A stretch of DNA of 64,000 bases from a virus. Every line of letters starts with the position of its first letter. The stretch's first letter is position 1. The DNA is taken from IMG/VR virus record IMGVR_UViG_3300030098_004824, positions 1 through 64,000 of that record; one strand, given 5' to 3'. This document shows, piece after piece, positions 16,501 to 27,600 of this stretch. The notes beneath the pieces were generated by a model that made no database searches, was not told where the DNA came from, and was given only the letters and a program-made list of their open reading frames with translations. The translations under genes were made by a program, and so were the position numbers.

Positions 16501-16674
16501 ATGGCAGTTACTAACAACAACTGGACGAAGACTAAGTATAGAATAACGTTGGAATTAGATGTGTTTGATGACTTTAATCCCAGACAAATTGCGTGGGGTA
16601 AAGTGTTAGATTTGGGTGGATCTGAACACGTAGAAAGTTATATCGAAGACCTGTCTAATCCTGTGAGGTGGTGA
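16501..16674 (+). CDS. Small hypothetical protein (57 aa)
   Basis: MAVTNNNWTKTKYRITLELDVFDDFNPRQIAW...; AGGA SD. Confidence 0.65.
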   Translation: MAVTNNNWTKTKYRITLELDVFDDFNPRQIAWGKVLDLGGSEHVESYIEDLSNPVRW

Positions 16675-16680
16675 TAACAA

Positions 16681-16709
16681 AGGGGATCGAATAAAGTGTC
16701 CTATTAGTG
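16681..16709 (+). repeat. 29-bp motif, copy 9 (fused to hairpin 16706-16749)
   Basis: AGGGGATCGAATAAAGTGTCCTATTAGTG; AGTGTAAGCGAGGAGCA/TGTTCTTCGTTAACACT. Confidence 0.9.
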
Positions 16710-16776
16710 TAAGCGAGGAGCAGCAAATTGCGTGTTCTTCGTTAACACTTTTTGCAGTCTATTTTTACTACACAAA

Positions 16777-16905
16777 ATGTCAAACAGCGTAGAACAGTTT
16801 GTATCACCTAACTTCGCAGAATTTCTGTTAGATAGTGTTAACAATGGTGATGAAATCCTTGCAGTGTTAGATGATCTTTATGAGGTGCAATCTACCCCGC
16901 TTTAA
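16777..16905 (+). CDS. Small acidic hypothetical protein (42 aa)
   Basis: MSNSVEQFVSPNFAEFLLDSVNNGDEILAVLDDLYEVQSTPL. Confidence 0.55.
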   Translation: MSNSVEQFVSPNFAEFLLDSVNNGDEILAVLDDLYEVQSTPL

Positions 16906-16915
16906 TGTTAGAAAC

Positions 16916-16960
16916 TGTGTGGGGCAGTTGTTGACACATTGCCCCTTCACATGTTATAAT
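16916..16960 (+). promoter_or_regulatory. Hairpin-embedded sigma70 promoter facing a non-coding region
   Basis: GGGGCAGT/ATTGCCCC stem around TTGACA 16931; TG-T-TATAAT at 16955. Confidence 0.65.
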
Positions 16961-17219
16961 AAAAGTATGAATTAAGGAACAAACAGTTAGTATTACATAA
17001 GCACTCCAATATGGGCAGTGTTTATAACATCGTGATCGCAGTGTTTTGGCGGCGTTGTTATTTGTTGGCGGCGGGCGTTGCGGGCTTAAAAAAAGGAACC
17101 TTCCTAACCTACAGAGGTGACAATTCGAGAGAGTGATATCGAATATAAAAAAAATTTTGCCAGGAAAAAAATGCCCCTATAGAGTTTTTTAAAAAACCGC
17201 CCACAAGACTACCAGTAAT

Positions 17220-17490
17220 CAGTTAGTATTCAGGTATTAAAACTCTTGTTAGTTTTCACTCATTAATACTCAAAAATTCAGTTAGTATTCAAGGCGAAAT
17301 ACTCTTGTTAGTATTCATGCCGTAATACTCAAAAATTTAGTTAGTATTCAACCCAAAAAATTCTTGTTAATTTTCAAAGTGTAATACTCAGTTAATATTC
17401 AAGGGAAAAAACTCTTGTTAGTTTTCATAATCTAATATTCAGTCAGTATTCAAGAACAAATACTTTTATCAGTATTCAAGTGTTAATACT
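17220..17490. repeat. Tandem array of five 51-59 bp units containing ten AGTATT-N8-AATACT-type dyads
   Basis: Units start at 17220, 17279, 17338, 17389, 17440. Confidence 0.85.
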
Positions 17491-17545
17491 CTGTTAGTTT
17501 GGTAGAAATTGGCAGGAGAAATATATAAAAAAATAGAGGAGAAAA

Positions 17546-17719
17546 ATGTCAGGATCTACTTATCACATATACTTAAAGGATAGGTGTTTATTCAAAGATC
17601 TTGACTCAGAGGAATTCAAAGTAATATGGTCGAGGCTTTACCATTCTTATTGGGACGATATTACATATTCAGAGGTGGCGGATATTACTACAAAGATATA
17701 CGAAGAAGATTCATATTGA
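17546..17719 (+). CDS. Small hypothetical protein (57 aa)
   Basis: MSGSTYHIYLKDRCLFKDL...; AGGAG SD. Confidence 0.65.
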   Translation: MSGSTYHIYLKDRCLFKDLDSEEFKVIWSRLYHSYWDDITYSEVADITTKIYEEDSY

Positions 17720-17744
17720 CAAATACATAATAGTGTTTTATAAT
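17716..17744 (+). promoter_or_regulatory. Consensus sigma70 promoter
   Basis: TTGACA-17 nt-TATAAT. Confidence 0.8.
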
Positions 17745-17766
17745 TTGTATGTAATTACAAAATACT

Positions 17767-18534
17767 ATGGCAAAAGGATTTACTGTTAAAGCAAACCCAC
17801 CTAAAAAGAAAAAAGAGGATTGGGATATTGCTGCGATTAAAGAGAGAATGAAAGGTAAGGCAATAGTCTTTTGTCTACCAGGTAGAGGATGTTCATATAT
17901 TTTCCTAAAGAATTTTGTACAGCTATGTTTTGATATTGTACAGAATGGAATGAGTATTCAGATATCTCAGGATTACTCATCAATGGTAAACTTTGCACGT
18001 TGTAAGTGTCTTGGAGCTAACGTACTCAGAGGACCAGAGCAAAAACCTTGGGACGGCAATCTTAAGTATGACTATCAGTTGTGGATTGACTCGGATATTG
18101 TCTTTGACACTAACAAGTTCTGGCAGTTATGCGATCTTGCAAATCCAGCAGAGGGTGAAGAGAAGGAAGTAGTTGCAGGATGGTATGCAACTGAGGACGG
18201 CACGACTACATCTGTCGCACACTGGTTAGAGGAAGAGGATTTCCGTAAGAACGGTGGAGTTATGAATCACGAAACCGTAGAGTCAATCAGTAAGCGTCGT
18301 TCACCATTCACCGTAGACTACACAGGTTTCGGATGGGTGCTTATTAAGAATGGAGTTTTTGAGAATCTCCCATATCCTTGGTTTGCTCCTAAGATGCAAC
18401 AATTCGAGTCGGGTGCAGTTCAAGATATGTGTGGAGAGGACGTTAGTTTCTGTTTAGATGCTATTGATAAAGGATATGATATCTGGTGCGATCCTCGGAT
18501 TAGAGTGGGTCACGAAAAAACTCGTGTTATCTAA
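17767..18534 (+). CDS. GT-A fold (GT2-like) glycosyltransferase
   Basis: LWIDSDI (DxD), TGFGWVLIK, GEDVSFC, VGH. Confidence 0.7.
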   Translation: MAKGFTVKANPPKKKKEDWDIAAIKERMKGKAIVFCLPGRGCSYIFLKNFVQLCFDIVQNGMSIQISQDYSSMVNFARCKCLGANVLRGPEQKPWDGNLKYDYQLWIDSDIVFDTNKFWQLCDLANPAEGEEKEVVAGWYATEDGTTTSVAHWLEEEDFRKNGGVMNHETVESISKRRSPFTVDYTGFGWVLIKNGVFENLPYPWFAPKMQQFESGAVQDMCGEDVSFCLDAIDKGYDIWCDPRIRVGHEKTRVI

Positions 18535-18537
18535 GGT

Positions 18538-18717
18538 ATGGAGAGACAAATACAAGAATGGGTAGAGCATCATCTACCCTCTAAGACAAACGAAGACCTT
18601 TGGGACCTCCAAGCAGCGATTCTCACCGAATTGTCTCGTAGGGATGATGTCCAATATCGGGTTCGTGCCTCGAAAGAGTCACTAGATGAGAAATTTAGAG
18701 AAATCGGAGTAATTTAA
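18538..18717 (+). CDS. Small hypothetical protein (59 aa)
   Basis: Manual translation MERQIQEWVEHHL... Confidence 0.55.
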   Translation: MERQIQEWVEHHLPSKTNEDLWDLQAAILTELSRRDDVQYRVRASKESLDEKFREIGVI

Positions 18718-18833
18718 TGAACCATGTAGAGTCAATACCGAAAAAAACTCGTCAAGGAAGGGGAAAACATACCAAATATACCGCTTCCTCTCGAAATAGA
18801 GCAAAAAAAAGAAGTCGAGGACAAGGAAAATAG
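18717..18833 (+). CDS. Small very basic peptide (38 aa) ending RGQGK
   Basis: MNHVESIPKKTRQGRGKHTKYTASSRNRAKKRSRGQGK. Confidence 0.6.
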   Translation: MNHVESIPKKTRQGRGKHTKYTASSRNRAKKRSRGQGK

Positions 18834-18849
18834 CAAAAAACGCACATTT

Positions 18850-18893
18850 AGTGTCTAAATAGCATCAAAACGTGCTTTTAGACACTTTTTTTT
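18850..18893 (+). terminator. Intrinsic terminator whose 5' arm contains a late-promoter motif
   Basis: AGTGTCTAAA/TTTAGACACT stem plus T-tract; CTAAATA at 18855. Confidence 0.65.
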
Positions 18894-18918
18894 ACAAAAA
18901 CCACTAAAGGAGGTCGAA

Positions 18919-19080
18919 ATGTCACCAAAAATGTTAAGAGAAATTGCTGAAGACGATCTAACACCTAAGAGAAGTGATAAAGTAGAGAATTCTAACGACT
19001 TTTATGAGCGTTTAAAGGATCCTGATGATGGTTTTGACTATGATATTGAAAGTTATGAGGTTATTGCAGAATATCGTTAG
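18919..19080 (+). CDS. Small acidic hypothetical protein (53 aa)
   Basis: AAGGAGG SD; MSPKMLREIAEDD... Confidence 0.6.
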   Translation: MSPKMLREIAEDDLTPKRSDKVENSNDFYERLKDPDDGFDYDIESYEVIAEYR

Positions 19081-19117
19081 AGTTTAATGATAAATAAAGT
19101 ATAATTGCTGTATTTTA

Positions 19118-19519
19118 GTGCCAGTAGAAAGAGTTAGTCAAGGTTTTAAGGACGTAAGTATGTCTTTTCAGGCAAATCCCCTGAATGGAGATCTTATTAC
19201 GCTTAAAAACGAAAATGCGATTGCTCGTTCTATCAGAAATATTGTATTTACTGTTCCTGGAGAAAAATTCTTTCAAGAAAACTTCGGATCTAGGATATCT
19301 GAGTCTCTTTTTGAGAATATAGATGAATTATCTTCTCTTTCTATTAAAGATGAAATAACAGAATCTATTACTAGATTTGAACCAAGAGTTAGATTAACAA
19401 AGGTTCAAGTATTTCCAGATTATGATGGGAACTCTTTTGATGTTCTTATTGTATATGAAGTAATTGGAATAGACACTCCACCACAACAATTAGAATTCGT
19501 TTTGCAATCAGCCAGGTAA
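19118..19519 (+). CDS. gp25: Baseplate wedge subunit gp25
   Basis: AIARSIRNIVFTVPGEK..FGS, FEPRV; precedes gp6. Confidence 0.9.
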   Translation: MPVERVSQGFKDVSMSFQANPLNGDLITLKNENAIARSIRNIVFTVPGEKFFQENFGSRISESLFENIDELSSLSIKDEITESITRFEPRVRLTKVQVFPDYDGNSFDVLIVYEVIGIDTPPQQLEFVLQSAR

Positions 19520-19520
19520 A

Positions 19521-21593
19521 ATGCCGTTAGTAAACTTTTCTAACCTGGATTTTGACCAGGTTAAAACAACTCTTAAGGATTATTTAAAATCTAACTCGGA
19601 TTTCACGGATTATGACTTCGAGGGATCGAATTTAGCAACAATAATTGATGTTTTAGCATATAATACGTATATTACTTCATATAATGCCAATATGGTGGCA
19701 AATGAAGTATTCATTGATAGTGCAACTTTGAGAGAAAATGTAGTTGCATTAGCAAGAAATATTGGATATGTACCAAGATCAAGAAAGGCAGCAAAAGCAA
19801 CTGTTAGTTTTTACGTAGATACTTCAAATGTAACTCCAGTTCCAGTAACATTGACCATTAAAAAAGGTCCTGTTGCTGCTACAACAGGCGGTTTTGGAGG
19901 ACAATCGTTCATTTTTTCAATTTTAGAAGATATTACAGTCCCAGTTGTTGATAATATTGCAAATTTTAACGATATTACCGTCTATGAAGGTACTCTTTTA
20001 CAGTCAAATTACGAATTTTCTTCAAGAAATAAGAATCAAAAGTTTGTTTTACAAAATTCTGGTATCGATACTGAGTTAATTTCGGTAGGAGTTAAGCCAA
20101 CTAGAAATGCTTCAGCATCTACATCATACAAATTACACGATAATATCTTTGACATTGATTCAAGTTCCAAAGTTTACTATCTCCAAGAGATAAGTGATGA
20201 AAGATATGAGATATTTTTTGGTGATGGTATATTTGGACAGTCTCTTGAAGACAGAAATTACATTACTGTCGATTATATAATAACAAATGGGGAAGAAGCG
20301 AATGGAATTAGTGCATTTAACTTTGCAGGAAAATTAATTCATACACATAGTGGAGTAGAATATCCAATAACTTCTGGAATTTCCCTATTATCAACTGGAT
20401 TGCAGTCTTCTGGGGGAGAAACTATTGAAAGTGTGGAGTCTGTTAGAAAATTTGCACCTAAAATATATGCTACTCAGAACAGAGCAGTAACTTCTCAAGA
20501 TTATGAATCACTAATTCCATCTAAAATTTACCCAGAAACAGAATCAATTTCAGTATTTGGTGGGGAAGAATTGGTTCCACCTCAATATGGAAAGGTTTTT
20601 ATTAGTATTAAACCAAGATTTGGTGATTTTTTACCAAATTTAGTCAAACAAAACATCAAATCCAAGCTTAAAAAGTATAGTGTAGCAGGTATTGTACCAG
20701 AAATTTTGGATTTGAAGTACTTATACTTAGAAGTTGACTCTAAAGTCTACTATAACAGTAATTTAACACCAAGTGGAACTGTTGTTGAAAATTCTGTAAG
20801 TACTAATACAACAAAATATGCTGATTCTTCAGAATTAAATAAGTATGGTGCAAGATTTAAGTATAGTAAATTCTTAAAAATTATTGATGAAAGTAGTGAA
20901 GCAATCACCTCTAACATTACTACAATTCAAATTAGAAGAGATTTAAGAGTTGCTTTGAATGCATTTGCAGAATATTCTATTGGTTTTGGTAACGAATTTT
21001 ATATTAAGAGTATGAATGGTTACAATATCAAGACTTCTGCATTTAAAGTTCAAGGAATTTCCACCGATGTTTATTTGTCAGATATTCCTAATAGTGATAG
21101 AGAAAGTGGAGAACTATTTTTGTTTAGTGTTCCATCAATAAACTCTACAAGTCCTAACATTATTAAGCGTAATGTTGGTAGTATAAATTATAAAAAGGGT
21201 ATTTTGACATTGAATCCCATCAATATACTTTCAGGTAAAGTTAAGGATGGTCAAACTATTATCGAAATTTCAGGATGTCCTAAGTCAAATGATGTTATTG
21301 GATTGCAAGATTTGTATTTACAATTAGATATTGGTAACAGCAAATTTAGTTCAATAGTAGATGAAATTTCTTCTGGACTTGATCCATCTGCTTCGAATTA
21401 TATTGTGACTTCAAGTTATCATAATGGTGTTTTAGTACGTCCAGGTGGTAGAGATAGTAGACCCACACAACCCTCTCAAACGGCATCTACGGGGTCTACA
21501 ACGTCTTCTAATGCTTCTGTAGGTACTATTGCTAGTGGAACAAGTAATACTCCTACATCATCGTCATCATCTTCATCTTCATCAAGTTATTAA
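19521..21593 (+). CDS. gp6: Baseplate wedge protein gp6
   Basis: LDFDQVK, DYDFEGS, FGDG, QNRAVTSQDY. Confidence 0.92.
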   Translation: MPLVNFSNLDFDQVKTTLKDYLKSNSDFTDYDFEGSNLATIIDVLAYNTYITSYNANMVANEVFIDSATLRENVVALARNIGYVPRSRKAAKATVSFYVDTSNVTPVPVTLTIKKGPVAATTGGFGGQSFIFSILEDITVPVVDNIANFNDITVYEGTLLQSNYEFSSRNKNQKFVLQNSGIDTELISVGVKPTRNASASTSYKLHDNIFDIDSSSKVYYLQEISDERYEIFFGDGIFGQSLEDRNYITVDYIITNGEEANGISAFNFAGKLIHTHSGVEYPITSGISLLSTGLQSSGGETIESVESVRKFAPKIYATQNRAVTSQDYESLIPSKIYPETESISVFGGEELVPPQYGKVFISIKPRFGDFLPNLVKQNIKSKLKKYSVAGIVPEILDLKYLYLEVDSKVYYNSNLTPSGTVVENSVSTNTTKYADSSELNKYGARFKYSKFLKIIDESSEAITSNITTIQIRRDLRVALNAFAEYSIGFGNEFYIKSMNGYNIKTSAFKVQGISTDVYLSDIPNSDRESGELFLFSVPSINSTSPNIIKRNVGSINYKKGILTLNPINILSGKVKDGQTIIEISGCPKSNDVIGLQDLYLQLDIGNSKFSSIVDEISSGLDPSASNYIVTSSYHNGVLVRPGGRDSRPTQPSQTASTGSTTSSNASVGTIASGTSNTPTSSSSSSSSSSY

Positions 21594-21605
21594 TAAAATA
21601 TAAAA

Positions 21606-24600
21606 ATGCCAGTAACTGGAATAGCAACTCACAGAGTTAAATTTAATAACGTTGTTCAGAACCAACTGCCTCAATATGTAAGGAATGAATTTCCTTTAAT
21701 TGAGAATTTTTTGAAGCAATATTATATTTCTCAAGAATTTGATGGAGCTCCTGTTGATTTAATCCAAAATATTGACCAATATGTAAAAGTTGATGAGATA
21801 ACAAATTTAACAGATTCAGCTGTTTTAAAGGGTAATATTACTGAATATGTTACTACAATTAATGTAAATCAGTATTATAGTGAACAACTAGATGGGTTTC
21901 CTGATAGTTATGGTATTATAAAAATTGATAATGAGATAATTACATATACTGGAAAAACGGCTAATTCATTTACAGGTTGTGTAAGAGGATTTTCTGGAAT
22001 TTCTTCTCATATTTCTCCAGATAACCCAGAACAGCTAGTATTTGAATCAACAAATGCTGCAACTCATTTAGATGGTGCAACAATACACAATTTAAGCAAT
22101 CTTTTTCTAAAAGAGTTTTTAAGGAAAACAAAACGTCAAATCTTACCACTTTTAGATGAAAGACAATTTTCTAGTGATTTAGATGAAAATGTATTTATAA
22201 AACAGTCAAAAGATTTTTATAGTAGTAGAGGAACGGATAGATCTTTTGAAATCTTATTCAAATCTCTTTATAATAAAGAAGTAGATGTAGTAAAACCAAG
22301 AGAATTTTTATTTACTCCATCAAATTCAGATTATAGAGTAACAAATGATTTAATAGTTGAAGCAATAGAGGGTGATCCAACTAATCTTGAATTAGCAACT
22401 TTAATACAACAACCATATGCTTTTGGATCAGGAATAGAAAAGGCATATGCACCCATAACTGCTGTTGAGAAGATTGTTTCTAACGAAGGAAATAATTTTT
22501 ATCAACTTAGTATTGATGCTGGATATAGTAGAGATATTAGTGTTGATGGTGCAACTTATGGTAAGTTTTCTGTTATTCCAAGAACTAGAAATATAGGACA
22601 AGTATCTGCAGGTGCTACTTTCTTTGATGTTGATTCAACTGTAGGATTTGGAACTACTGGCGAATTGTCAGTTACTTATAATGATGCAAGTATTGGAATT
22701 GTATCATACACTTCAAAATCATTAACTCAGTTTTATGGAGTTACTAATGTAACTTCACCAATATTAGATGGAACAAATATTGGAATTGATACTTGTGCTT
22801 ATGGTCAATCAACAGTTGATTCGACAGAAAGAATTAAAGTAAGAATTAATTCTGTTATTAATAGGTTAGAATATCCTAAAGATGCTTATTATTATAATGC
22901 TGGAGATACTGCAAATATATCTGCTTTAGGTAGAAAATCTAGGAATTTTAAGACAAAAAATTGGGTCTATAATAACTATGCTCTTTATAATGTAAAAAGC
23001 GTATCTTTAGTTGATTCATCTGACCAAACATGGGATATTACTTTATTTGTTGACCATGATTTTAAGATAAATGATTCAATTACTATTGTTGGACAAGATG
23101 GTGTAGATAGAAATGGTCAAGTTGTTGATGTATTATCTGTTAAATCTTTAACTATAAAAGGACAGGGTGGATTAAATATTAATGAAACTTATACGATAAA
23201 CAGAAATATTTCAAAAACATCATCAACTACTTTTATAGATGCAAGAAAATATGCCTGTAATGTTCAAAATGTATATGAAGATGATAAAGAAATTGTAGTA
23301 GCATCACCATCATTACCATCATATACAATTAATACTGATGATAGAACTGTTAAATTTAGTGGAACCTATGTTGGAACTGAATTGCTAATAACATCAGGAT
23401 CACTTGCAGATCATGGATATTATACTGGGGATGCTATACAATATGATACGAATATAACAACAACAACTTCTTATGATGGTTGGGGTAATACAATCACAAA
23501 AAATGTTTCTGGTGAAAGATTATTTCCAACTGGATTATATTTTGTAAAAAGAGTATCTGCTAATTCGATAAAATTAGCAAAAAGTAGAACTGATCTTTTT
23601 AATGGAGATTTTGTTGAAGTTGAAAGTTCAACTACTGTGGTTGATCAAACAATAAAACCCTATAGTTTTAAAGATAGAACTTTAAGTAGTCAAAAATTAA
23701 TAAGAAAATTTGCTGATCCTGTTTATGATGGAAATGCTAATACAGAAACAAATCCAGGATATACAGGAATGCTCTGTAATGGAGTAGAAATATTAAATTA
23801 TAAATCAAATGACGTAGTTTATTATGGACAAATTGATAAAATTGATGTTCTTGATCCAGGACTTGACTATGATGTTGTAAATCCACCTTCATTATTAATC
23901 GAAGATAGTGTTGGGACTGGTGCTACTGGTAGTGTTTCAGTTAAAGGTGTTTTGACACAATTAAGGGTTTTAGACACAGGATTTGATTATCTCGACAAAC
24001 CAACAGTAACAATATCTGGTGGTAATGGAACTCCTTCTGAAGTTCTGGTCAATATGAAAAAAATTGATCATTCTACATCTTTCTTTGCAGATCTTGATTC
24101 AGATCAGGTTGGACTTGGTACTACAAGTGGAACTTTAGGTGAATGGTATGAAACTATAGGGTTTAGTACTTTCCATAAATTTAGAAATAATGAAAAAGTG
24201 ATATATGATTCTGGTAATCAATCGGGTGTTGGTGGATTATCCACAAATGCTGTATATTATGTTTCTACTATGATTGGGCTTGGTAATACTACAGAAAGTT
24301 TTACTAAGATAAAATTATATCCAACATTATCTGATTCTCTTGCAGGTATTAATACAGTGGTTCTTACTTCTTATGGTGAAGGAAGACATGCTTTAAGATC
24401 TTTTGAAAAGAAATCTGTACTTGCGGGTATTAATGTAGTATCAGGTGGAATCTATGAAAATAAGCAAAGAAAAGTTGCTGCTTCTGGTGTAAGTACTTCC
24501 AAAGATCAAATCACAATTAAAGATCATGATTATAAAGATGGTGAAATAATTAAGTATACTGCAGGAGATAGTGGAATTGGTGGTCTTACTGATGGATCTG

Positions 24601-27600
24601 AATATTATATTACAAAGATTGATAATGATACGTTTAAACTATCAACTGTAGGGGTTGGAACTACTAGTGGTGTTGATTTTTATCAAAAAACAAAACAATA
24701 CATTAATCTTACATCAATAGGTGTAGGAACACATACATTTAATTATCCTGGTATTACAGTTACTGTTTCAGGTAATGTTGGAGTTGCTTCTACTGGATTA
24801 GAAACTTTCCAAGCAAGTGTACAACCAATTATTAGAGGAACAATTACATCAGCTACCTTAGACGATAAAGGTAGTGGATATGGTACAGGAGAAATTATTA
24901 ATTATAATAGAAAACCAGATGTTAGTTTGATAAGTGGAGAGCAAGCACAAATTACTCCAATTGTTGTTGATGGTAAAATAGTAGAAGTGGTTGTTCTGAA
25001 TAAAGGAAAGCAATATAGTTCTCCACCTGATATAAGAATTAGTGGTGATGGAACTGGAGCTTCAGTTACACCTATATTGAGTGATGGATTACTATCTTCT
25101 GTAAAGGTAGTTGAATCTGGATCAGGATATACTCAACAAAATACATCAGGAATTGTTGTTTTTACTGGAAGAGGTGCTAATTTTGATCCACATATTCAAA
25201 AGTGGACAGTAAATCTTGCTCAGAAGAATAGAGCCCATATTGATGAAGATGATGGAATAATTGAAGATGGAATTAATAGATCTTTTGGATTGCAATATTC
25301 TCATGTATATGCTCCAAGAAAATATAGACAATCTGTATCTTCTGTAGATCAAGATGGAAATATTTTATATGGAAATAAAGATTTATATAAGGAACAAGGT
25401 CAAGAACAAGTAAGAGATGAACATTCTCCAATTATGGGATGGGCATACGATGGTCATCCAATTTATGGACCATATGGATATATTTCTAAAGAAGGTGGTT
25501 TAATTGAAAGAATGAGAAGTGGATATATTGAAGAAGCATCTAAAAAGACCAATAGACCTTCTTTAATAGAATTTCCTGCAGGATTTTTTGTTGAAGATTA
25601 TACTTATAAACCATTAACACAAGATACTGTTTTAGATAAAAATAATGGAAGATTTTGCGTAACCCCAGAATTTCCTAATGGCACGTATGCATATTTTGCC
25701 ACTATTGATAATATAATATCACAAGAAGCTCCATTTTCTGGATATTTTGAACCAGTTTTTCCATATTTTATTGGAGATAGTTTTTATGCAAAACCAAATG
25801 AATTTAATTTACATAGAACTTCAAATCAAGATGAATTTGATTTAAATGATACTGAATATTATAGAAATACTAAACCTTATAATTTAATTGAAGGAAAAAT
25901 AAATTATAAGTATCTAACAATACCAAATAATTTAAACCAAACAGCAAGTATTAAAGGAGTTTCTCCTGGTAGAATTGAAAAGATTGGAATAGTAACTGCT
26001 GGTTCAGGATATAGAGTAAATGATGAATTAGTATTTGATAATACTGGAACCAAAGGTGCTGGTGTATCTGCAAGAGTATCAAAACTTAAAGGAGTATCTG
26101 TTGATAATATAAGTGTTGCTACTAGTTCTATTACTGGTGTTGAAATATATCCATTTACAAAAAATGAATATATTCTTTATTCAGATAATCCTCATAATTT
26201 CAATAATCTTGATATAATATCAATTACTGGATTATCTACTGAATCTTCTGGACTTGAGGGTAATTATATTGCTGGTATCGAAACTGGTACATATGTGTTT
26301 GCTGGTGTAGGAACTACTGGTGGAGGTGGATTAGGTCCTGCTACTAGTACTGGAATGGTATCTGATATTAATGTAGTAGGAAATCTTGGATTTAATCATA
26401 TTAGGGAAAATGATATTATTGGGATTGGAACAGAAGAGGTAAGAGTATTAAATGTACTAGAAAATGCTTCTGCACTTAGAATTGAAAGAGGAGTAAATGG
26501 TGTAACTGGTACATCACATACTGCAGGTGCTGTTTTAAGAATTGATCAAAGAAAAATAAAAATAAATGCTGGTTTTAAAACAGATCATAATTATAGAATT
26601 AATAAGCAAATATATTTCAATCCATCAGAAACTGTTGGATTAGGAACTACTTCTGGTGTTGGTATAGGAACTACTATTTTCTTTACTGGAATAACATCAA
26701 CAAATCTTGGAATATCTTCAATTTATATTCCAACTCAAGCATTGTATATTCCAGGTCACAATTTAAAAACTGGAGATCAAGTAACATATTCTCCAGGTAA
26801 TGGTGGATCTGGAATGTCAGTTGGTATGGGTACTACTACTCCAGAAAATGCAGCTGGAATAACCACACTTACAGATGGTCAAACATTATATGTTGCGAAA
26901 TATAGTAATGATATAATTGGTTTAGCAACAGTAAGAGTTGGATTGGGTACAACAGGAATATTTGTAGGACTTGTTACCAATTATCCTTTAGGAAGACAAA
27001 CTCCTTTATATTTTAGAACTCTTGGTGTTGGTAATAGTCATAGTATTAAAACAAATTATTCACCAATAACAGGTGAAATTGTTAGAAATCTTGTAACTAT
27101 TGATACTGGAATATCAACTCATGGAATACATGTTGGACACGATGTTGACGTTGATGTCAATACTGGAACAACTACATCGTTTGATTTCCAATATGATGAT
27201 TTTTATAGAAAACTTATTGTAAATCCAAGATCATTTGATGGTGGTAATATTACTACATCAACAAATTCGATTACAATAACAGATCATAATTGGCAAACAG
27301 GTCAAAAAATTATTCATCAGTCTGATGGACCTGCAGAAGGACTTGGTACTAATGAAATTTATTATGTAGTTAAAGTTGATAAAGATACTATTAAATTATC
27401 TGATAGTTATTATAATGCTACGCAATTTGTACCAAAAACTATTGGAATAGGTACTACGGGTACTAATGGTAGCATTAAACCAATTAACCCACCTCTAGAG
27501 GTTTATAGGGATGCTACAGTAACCTTTACACTTGCTAATGGTTCTTTAGGATATGAGGTTCAAGGAACTAGTTATCCAGCATTTCAATTAAATTTCTATA

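Noticed and set aside
4007-16709. 29-bp motif as CRISPR repeat, HIP1 or canonical integron attC
   Set aside because: Copies are 1-3 kb apart, the sequence is GGATCG rather than GCGATCGC, and there are no GTTRRRY cores or integrase in the window
17220-17490. CRISPR array
   Set aside because: Variable parts are only about 6 nt, repeats are degenerate, and no cas genes are present
17220-17490. NtcA sites
   Set aside because: The dyad is GTA-N12-TAC, not GTA-N8-TAC
21480-21590. Ser/Thr-rich microsatellite-like tail of gp6
   Set aside because: Low-complexity coding tail with no sign of a separate element
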